DNA from: the human T2T-CHM13v2.0 reference genome, Homo sapiens
Assembly: GCF_009914755.1 (NCBI RefSeq)
Contig: NC_060933.1
Direction: 5' to 3' (one strand)
Length of the DNA stretch: 64,000 nucleotides
Notes under the pieces: model-generated
Told to the model about the DNA's origin: nothing
The model's database searches: none
Seen by the model: only the letters and a program-made list of their open reading frames with translations
In this document: piece after piece, positions 56,340 to 64,000 of the stretch
Numbering within the stretch: the first letter of the stretch is position 1
Layout of the letters: every line of letters starts with the position of its first letter
Translations under genes and position numbers: made by a program

Positions 56340-59300
56340 ATTCCATTCCATTCCATTTCGTTCCATTCCATTCTATTCCGTATCATTCCATTCCATTCCA
56401 TTCCATTCCATTCCATTCCATTCCATTCCGGATGATTCCATTCCATTGGATTCCTTTCCATTACTTTCCCCTGAACTAGCGTTGATTCCATTCCATTCCA
56501 TTCCATTCCATTCCATTCCATTACAATTCGTTCCATTCCATTCTATTCCGTACCATTCCATTCCATTCCATACCATTCCATTCCATTCCATTGCATTCCA
56601 TTCCGTTCCATTCCGTTCCATTCCTTTCCATTCCATTCTATTCGGATTAATTCCATTCCATTCCATTCCATTCCATTCTATTCCATTCCATTGCAATCGA
56701 GTTGAATCCATTGCATTTCATTCCATTCCATTCCATTCCGGAAGATTCCATTCCATTGCATTCCATTCCATTCCATTCCCCTGCACTCGCGTTGATTCCA
56801 TTCCATTCCATTCCATTCCATTCCGTTCCGTTCCATTCCATTCCATTCCATTCCATTCCGTTCCATTCCATTCCATTCTATTCGGGTTAATTCCATTCCA
56901 TTCCATTTGATTGCAATCGAGTTGATTCCATTCCATTCCATTCCATTCCATTCCTTTCCATTCCATTACGGATGATTACATTCCATTGCATTCCATTCCA
57001 TTCAAGTTGAATCCATTCCATTGCATTCCATTCCATTCGATTCCATTTGATTGCACTCGGGTTGATTCCATTCCATTGCATTCCATTCCATTCCATTCCA
57101 TTCCATTCCATTCCATTCCGTTCCATTCCATTCCATTACATTCGGATTGATTCTATTCAATTCCCTTACACTCCATTACATTCCATTCCATTCGGGTAGT
57201 TTCCATTCCATTCCATTCCATTCCTCTCCATTCCATTGCACTCGGGTTGATTCCATTCCATTGCATTCCATTCCATTCCATTCAATTCCATTCCGTTCCA
57301 TTCCATTCCATTACATTCGGATTGATTCTATTCAACTCCCTTACTCTCCATTACATTCCATTCCATTCGGGTTGTTCCATACCATTCCATTCCATTCCAC
57401 TCCATTCCATTGCACTCGGGTTGATTCCATTCCATTCCATTCCATTCCATTCCATTCCATTCCATTCCATTCCGGAAGATTCCATTCCATTGCATTCCAT
57501 TCCATTCCATTCCCCTGCACTCGCGTTTATTCCATTCCATTCCATTCTATTCCATTTCATTCCCTTCCTTTCCGTTCCATTCCATTCCATTCCATTCCAT
57601 TCCATTCCGTTCCGTTCCATTCCATTCCATTCCATTCTATTCGGGTTAATTCCATTACATTCCCTTCGATTGCAATCGAGTTGATTCCATTCCATTCCAT
57701 TCCATTCCATGCCTTTCCATTCCATTACGGATGATTCCATTCCATTGCATTCCATTCCATTCCGTTCTATTCGGGTTAATTCCATTCCATTCCATTCGAT
57801 TGCAGTCGAGTTGATTCCATTCCATTCCATTCTATTCCATTCCATTCCATTCCTTTCCATTCCATTACGGATGATTCCATTCTATTGCATTCCATTCCAT
57901 TCCATTCCCCTGTACTCGGGTTGATTCCATTCCATTCCATTCCAATCCATGCCATTCCACTCGTTTTGATTCCATTCTTTCCATTCCATTCAAGTTGAAT
58001 CCATTCCATTTCATTCCATTCCATTCCATTCCCCTGCAGTCGGGTTGTTTCCATTCCATTCCATTCCATTCCATTCCATTCCATTCCATTCCGTTCCGTT
58101 CCTTTCCATTCCATTCCATTCCATTCTATTCGGGTTAATTCCATTCCATTCCATTCCATTCCCTTCCATTCCAATCGAGTTGATTCCATTCCATTCCATT
58201 CCATTCCATTCCATTCCATTCCACTCCCTTCCAGTCCTTTCCATTCCATTCCACTCGGGTTGATTCCAATGTATTCCTTTCCATTCCATTCCATTCCATT
58301 GCAATCGAGTTGATTCCATTGCTTTGCATTCCATTCCATTCCATTCCATTCCATTCCGAATGATTCCATTCCATTGCATTCCATTCCATTCCATTCCGCT
58401 GCACTCGGGTTGATTCCATTCCATTCCACTCCATTCCTTTCCATTCCATTCCATTGCATTGTATTCGTGTTAATTCCATTCCATTCCATTCCATTCCATT
58501 CCATTCCATTACAATCGAGTTGATTCCATTCCATTCCATTCCATTCCAGTCCTTTCCATTCCATTCCTCTCGGGTTGATTCCATTCTATTAGTTTCCATT
58601 CCATTCCATTCCCTTCCATTCCACTCTGGTTGATTCCATTCCTTTCCATTCCACTCGAATACATTCCCTCCTATTCCACTCGGAACGATTCCATTCCATT
58701 CCATTCCATTCCATTCCATTCCATTCCATTCCATTTCGTTCCATTCCATTCTATTCCGTATCATTCCATTCCATTCCATTCCCTTCCATTCCATTCCATT
58801 CCATTCCATTCCATTGTACTCGGGTTGATTCAATTCCATTGCATTCCATTCCATTCCGTTCCATTCCATTCCGTTGCATTCCATTCCATTACATTCGGAT
58901 TGATTCTATTCAACTCCCTTACTCTGCATTACATTCCATTCCATTAGGGTTGTTCCATTCCATTCCATTCCATTCCACTCCATTCCATTGCACTCGGGTT
59001 GATTCCATTCCATTCCATTCCATTCCATTATATTGCGGATGATTCCATTCCATTGCATTCCGTTCCATTACATTCCCCTGCACTCGCGTTGATTCCATAC
59101 CATTCCATTCCATTCCATTCTATTCCATTCCATTACAATTCGTTCCATTCCATTCTATTCCGTACCATTCCATTCCATTCAATACCATTCCATTCCATTC
59201 CATTCCATTCCGTTCCATTCCGTTCCATTCCATTCCATTCCATTCTATTCGAAATAATTCCATTCCATTCCATTCCATTCCATTCCATTCCATTCCATTG

Positions 59301-62300
59301 CAATCGGTTTGAACCCATTGCATTTCATTCCATTCCATTCCATTCCATTCCATTCCGGAAGATTCCATTCCATTGCATTCCATTGCATTCCATTCCCCTG
59401 CACTCGCGTTGATTAAATTCCATTCCATTCCATTCCATTCCGTTCCGTTCCGTTCCATTCCATTCCATTCCATTACGTTCCGTTCCATTCCATTCCATTC
59501 CATTCTATTCGGGTTAATTCCATTCCATTCCATTCGATTGCAATCGAGTTGATTCCATTCCATTCCATTCCATTCCATTCCATTCCATTCCGGAAGATTC
59601 CATTCCATTGCATTCCATTCCATTCCATTCCCCTGCACTCGCGTTGATTCCATTCCCTTCCTTTCCGTTCCATTCCATTCCATTCCATTCCATTCCATTC
59701 CGTTCCTTTCCATTCCATTCCATTCCATTCTATTCGGGTTAATTCCATTACATTCCATTCGATTGCAATCGAGTTGATTCCATTCCATTCCATTCCATTC
59801 CATTCCATTCCATTCCATTCCTTTCCATTCCATTACGGATGATTCCATTCCATTGCATTCCATTCCATTCCATTCCCCTGTACTCGGGTTGATTCCATTC
59901 CATTCCATTCCAATCCATGCCATTCCACTCGTGTTGATTCCATTCTTTCCATTCCATTCAAGTTGAATCCATTCCATTGCATTCCATTCCATTGCATTCC
60001 ATTCGATTGCACTCGGGTTGATTCCATTCCATTGCTTTCCATTCCATTCCATTCCATTCCATTCCTTTCCATTCCATTCCATTACATTCGGATTGATTCT
60101 ATTCAACTCCCTTACTCTCCATTACATTCCATTCCATTCGGGTTGTTCCATTCCATTCCATTCCATTCCACTCCATTCCATTGCACTCGGGTTTATTCCA
60201 TTCCATTCCATTCCATTCCATTCCATTCCATTCCATTCCACTCCTTTCCAGTCCTTTCCATTCCATTCCACTCGGGTTGATTCCAATGTATTCCTTTCCA
60301 TTCCATTCCATTCCTTTGCAATCGTGTTGATTCCATTCCATTGCATTCCATTCCATTCCATTCCCCTGCACTCGGGTTGATTCCATTCCATTCCACTCCA
60401 TTCCGTTCCATTCCATTCCATTGCATTGTATTCGGGTTAATTCCATTCCATTCCATTCCATTCCATTCCATTCCATTCCATTCCATTCCATTTCAATCGA
60501 ATTCATTCCATTCCATTCCATTCCATTCCAGTCCTTTCCATTCCATTCCACTCGGGTTGATTCCATTCTATTAGCTTCCATTCCATTCCATTCCATTCCA
60601 TTCCACTCTGGTTGATTCCATTCCTTTCCATTCCACTCGAATACATTCCCTCCTATTCCACTCGGAACGATTCCATTCCATTCCATTCCATTCCATTCCA
60701 TTCCATTCCATTCCATTTCGTTCCATTCCATTCTATTCCGTATCATTCCATTCCATTCCATTCCATTCCATTCCATTGTACTCGGGTTGATTCAATTCCA
60801 TTGCATTCCATTCCATTCCATTCCATTCCATTCCATTCCGTTGCATTCCATTCCATTACATTCGAATTGATTCTATTAAACTCCCTTACTCTCCATTACT
60901 TTCCATTCCATTCGGGTTGTTCCATTCCATTCCATTCCATTCCACTCCATTCCATTGCACTCGGGTTGATTCCATTCCATTCCATTCCTTTCCGGATGAT
61001 TCCGTTCCATTGCATTCCGTTCCATTACATTCCCCTGCACTCGCGTTGATTCCATTCCATTCCATTCCATTCCATTCAATTCCATTCCATTAAAATTCGT
61101 TCCATTCCATTCTATTCCGTACCATTCCATTCCATTCCATACCATTCCATTCCATTCCATTCCATTCCATTCCATTCCATTCTATTCCATTCCATTGCAA
61201 TCGAGTTGAATCCATTGCATTTCATTCCATTCCATTGCATTCCATTCCATTCCGGAAGATTCCATTCCATTGCATTCCATTCCATTCCATTCCCCTGCAC
61301 TCGCGTTGATTCCATTCCATTCCATTCCATTCCATTCCATTCCATTCCATTCCGTTCCGTTCCATTCCATTCCATTCCATTCCATTCCGTTCCGTTCCAT
61401 TCCATTCCATTCTATTCTATTCGGGTTAATTCCATTCCATTCCATTCGATTGCAATCAAGTTGATTCCATTCGATTCCATTCCATTCCATTCCATTCCAT
61501 TCCATTCCTTTCCATTCCATTACGGATGATTCCATTCCATTGCATTCCATTCCATTCCATTCCCCTGTACTCGGGTTGATTCCATTCCATTCCATTCCAA
61601 TCCATGCCATTCCACTCTTGTTGATTCCATTCTTTCCATTCCATTCAAGTTGAATCCATTCCATTGCATTCCATTCCATTCGATTCCATTCGATTGCACT
61701 CGGGTTGATTCCATTCCATTGCTTTCCATTCCATTCCATTCCATTCCATTCCGTTCAATTCCATTCCATTACATTCGGATTGATTCTATTCAATTCCCTT
61801 ACACTCCATTACATTCCATTCCATTCGGGTAGTTTCCATTCCATTCCATTCCATTCCTCTCCATTCCATTGCACTCGGGTTGATTCCATTCCATTGCATT
61901 CCATTCCATTCCATTCAATTCCATTCCGTTCCATTCCATTCCATTACATTCGGATTGATTCTATTCAACTCCCTTACTCTCCATTACATTCCATTCCATT
62001 CGGGTTGTTCCATTCCATTCCATTCCATTCCACTCCATTCCATTGCACTCGGGTTGATTCCATTCCATTCCATTCCATTCCATTCCATTCCATTCCATTC
62101 CGGAAGATTCCATTCCATTGCATTCCATTCCATTCCATTCCCCTGCACTCGCATTGATTCCATTCCATTCCATTCTATTCCATTCCATTCCCTTCCTTTC
62201 CGTTCCATTCCATTCCATTCCATTCCATTCCATTCCGTTCCGTTCCATTCCATTCCATTCCATTCTATTCAGGTTAATTCCATTCCATTCCATTCAATTG

Positions 62301-63880
62301 CAATCGAGTTGATTCCATTCCATTCCATTCCATTCCATTCCATTCCATTCCTTTCCATTCCATTACGGATGATTCCATTCCATTGCATTCCATTCCATTC
62401 CATTCCCCTGTACTCGGGTTGATTCCATTCCATTTCATTCCAATCCATGCCCTTCCACTCGTGTTGATTCCATTCTTTCCATTCCATTCAAGTTGAATCA
62501 ATTCCATTGCCTTCCATTGCATTCCATTCCCCTGCAGTCGGGTTGATTCCATTCCATTCCATTGCATTCCATTCCATTCCATTCCATTCCGTTCCGTTCC
62601 ATTCCATTCCATTCCATTCTATTCGGGTTAATTCCATTCCATTCCATTCCATTCCATTCCAATCGAGTTGATTCCATTCCATTCCATTCCATTCCATTCC
62701 ACTCCATTCCAGTCCTTTCCATTCCATTCCACTCGGGTTGATTCCAATGTATTCCTTTCCATTCCATTCCATTCCATTGCAATCGAGTTGATTCCATTGC
62801 TTTGCATTCCATTCCATTCCATTCCATTCCGGATGATTCCATTCCATTGCATTCCATTCCATTCCATTCCCCTGCACTCGGGTTGATTCCATTCCATTCC
62901 ACTCCATTCCGTTCCATTCCATTCCATTCCATTGTATTCGGGTTAATTCCATTCCATTCAATTCCATTACAATCGAGTTGATTCCATTCCATTCCATTCC
63001 ATTCCAGTCCTTTCCATTCCATTCCACTCGGGTTGATTCCATTCTATTAGATTCCATTCCATTCCATTCCCTTCCATTCCACTCTGGTTGATACCATTCC
63101 TTTCCATTCCACTCGAATACATTCCCTCCTATTCCACTCGGAACGATTCCATTCCATTCCATTCCATTCCATTCCATTTCGTTCCATTCCATTCTATTCC
63201 GTATCATTCCATTCCATTCCATTCCATTCCATTCCATTCCATTCCATTCCATTCCGGATGATTCCATTCCATTGCATTCCTTTCCATTACATTCCCCTGA
63301 ACTCGCGTTGATTCCATTCCATTCCATTCCATTCCATTCCATTCCATTCCATTACAATTCGTTCCATTCCATTCTATTCCGTACCATTCCATTCCATTCC
63401 ATACCATTCCATTCCATTCCATTCCGTTCCATTCCGTTCCATTCCTTTCCATTCCATTCTATTCGGATTAATTCCATTCCATTCCATTCCATTCCATTCT
63501 ATTCCATTCCATTGCAATCGAGTTGAATCCATTGCATTTCATTCCATTCCATTCCATTCCATTCCATTCCGGAAGATTCCATTCCATTGCATTCCATTCC
63601 ATTCCATTCCCCTGCACTCGCGTTGATTCCATTCCATTCCATTCCATTCCATTCCATTCCATTCCGTTCCGTTCCATTCCATTCCATTCCATTCCATTCC
63701 ATTCCATTCCGTTCCGTTCCGTTCCATTCCATTCCATTCCATTCCATTCTATTCGGGTTAATTCCATTCCATTCCATTTGATTGCAATCGAGTTGATTCC
63801 ATTCCATTCCATTCCATTCCATTCCATTCCTTTCCATTCCATTACGGATGATTACATTCCATTGCATTCCATTCCATTCC
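56340..63880 (-). repeat. Dispersed direct duplication: ~56340-57000 repeated at ~63170-63880
   Basis: Shared rare variants CCCCTGAACT (~56468 and ~63294), CCATTTGATTGCAATCG (~56903 and ~63774) and GGATGATTACATT (~56970 and ~63846). Confidence 0.7.
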
Positions 63881-64000
63881 ATTCCCCTGTACTCGGGTTG
63901 ATTCCATTCCATTCCATTCCAATCCATGCCATTCCACTCTTGTTGATTCCATTCTTTCCATTCCATTCAAGTTGAATCCATTCCATTGCATTCCATTCCA

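Larger units (their letters stand above)
34161..64000 (-). repeat. HSat3-type array in inverted orientation, (CATTC)n on +
   Basis: Continuous CATTC pentamers with the same variant words reverse-complemented (ACTCGGGTTG, AATCGAGTTG, CTATTCGGGTTAA). Runs off the right edge of the window. Confidence 0.97.

Noticed and set aside
2-63975. Hundreds of ORFs encoding (MEWNG)n or (FHSIP)n, up to ~365 aa
   Set aside because: GGAAT and CATTC contain no stop codon in any frame, and GGAAT supplies an ATG every 5 nt. The ORFs overlap in all six frames with no domain structure. Poly-WNGME from (UGGAA)n translation is described in SCA31, but nothing here shows translation.
1-64000. CRISPR-like alternation of conserved words and spacers
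   Set aside because: The spacers are GGAAT repeats rather than unique sequences, repeat length is not constant, and there are no cas genes.
1-64000. HSat2, alpha satellite or DYZ1 identity, or a specific chromosome assignment
   Set aside because: It lacks the dense CATTCGATT/GATGATTCC cadence of HSat2, any 171-bp monomer or CENP-B box, and a regular ~3.6-kb period. Chromosome 9-type HSat3 is plausible but cannot be established without a search.

Overview
The whole 64 kb window is pericentromeric Human Satellite III (HSat3)-type DNA from human or a close ape: a (GGAAT)n/(CATTC)n pentamer array interspersed with diagnostic variant words (CAACCCGAGT, CAACTCGATT, CAACGCGAGT, TTAACCCGAATAG and others). 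I found no credible gene, RNA gene, transposon or unique sequence. The ORF track is a by-product of a stop-free pentamer (MEWNG on the G-rich strand, FHSIP on the C-rich strand). The main structure is as follows. (1) There is a single strand-polarity switch at about 34,160, where (GGAAT)n becomes (CATTC)n through a near-perfect 22-bp palindrome with 5-bp microhomology. (2) An apparently exact 5,419-bp tandem duplication spans 40,807-51,658, followed by an older, internally deleted third copy. (3) Several nested, diverged kb-scale duplications occur without one fixed higher-order period. (4) About 40-45 in-register canonical heat-shock-element-like 15-mers (GGAAT-CTTCC-GGAAT) are dispersed through the array. 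(5) Pentamer register shifts all appear to be -1. I see no evidence for a new protein-coding system. The best candidate for new biology is the convergent G-strand arrangement around the inversion combined with the embedded HSE-like sites, and this is inference. Counts and most boundaries were made by eye.
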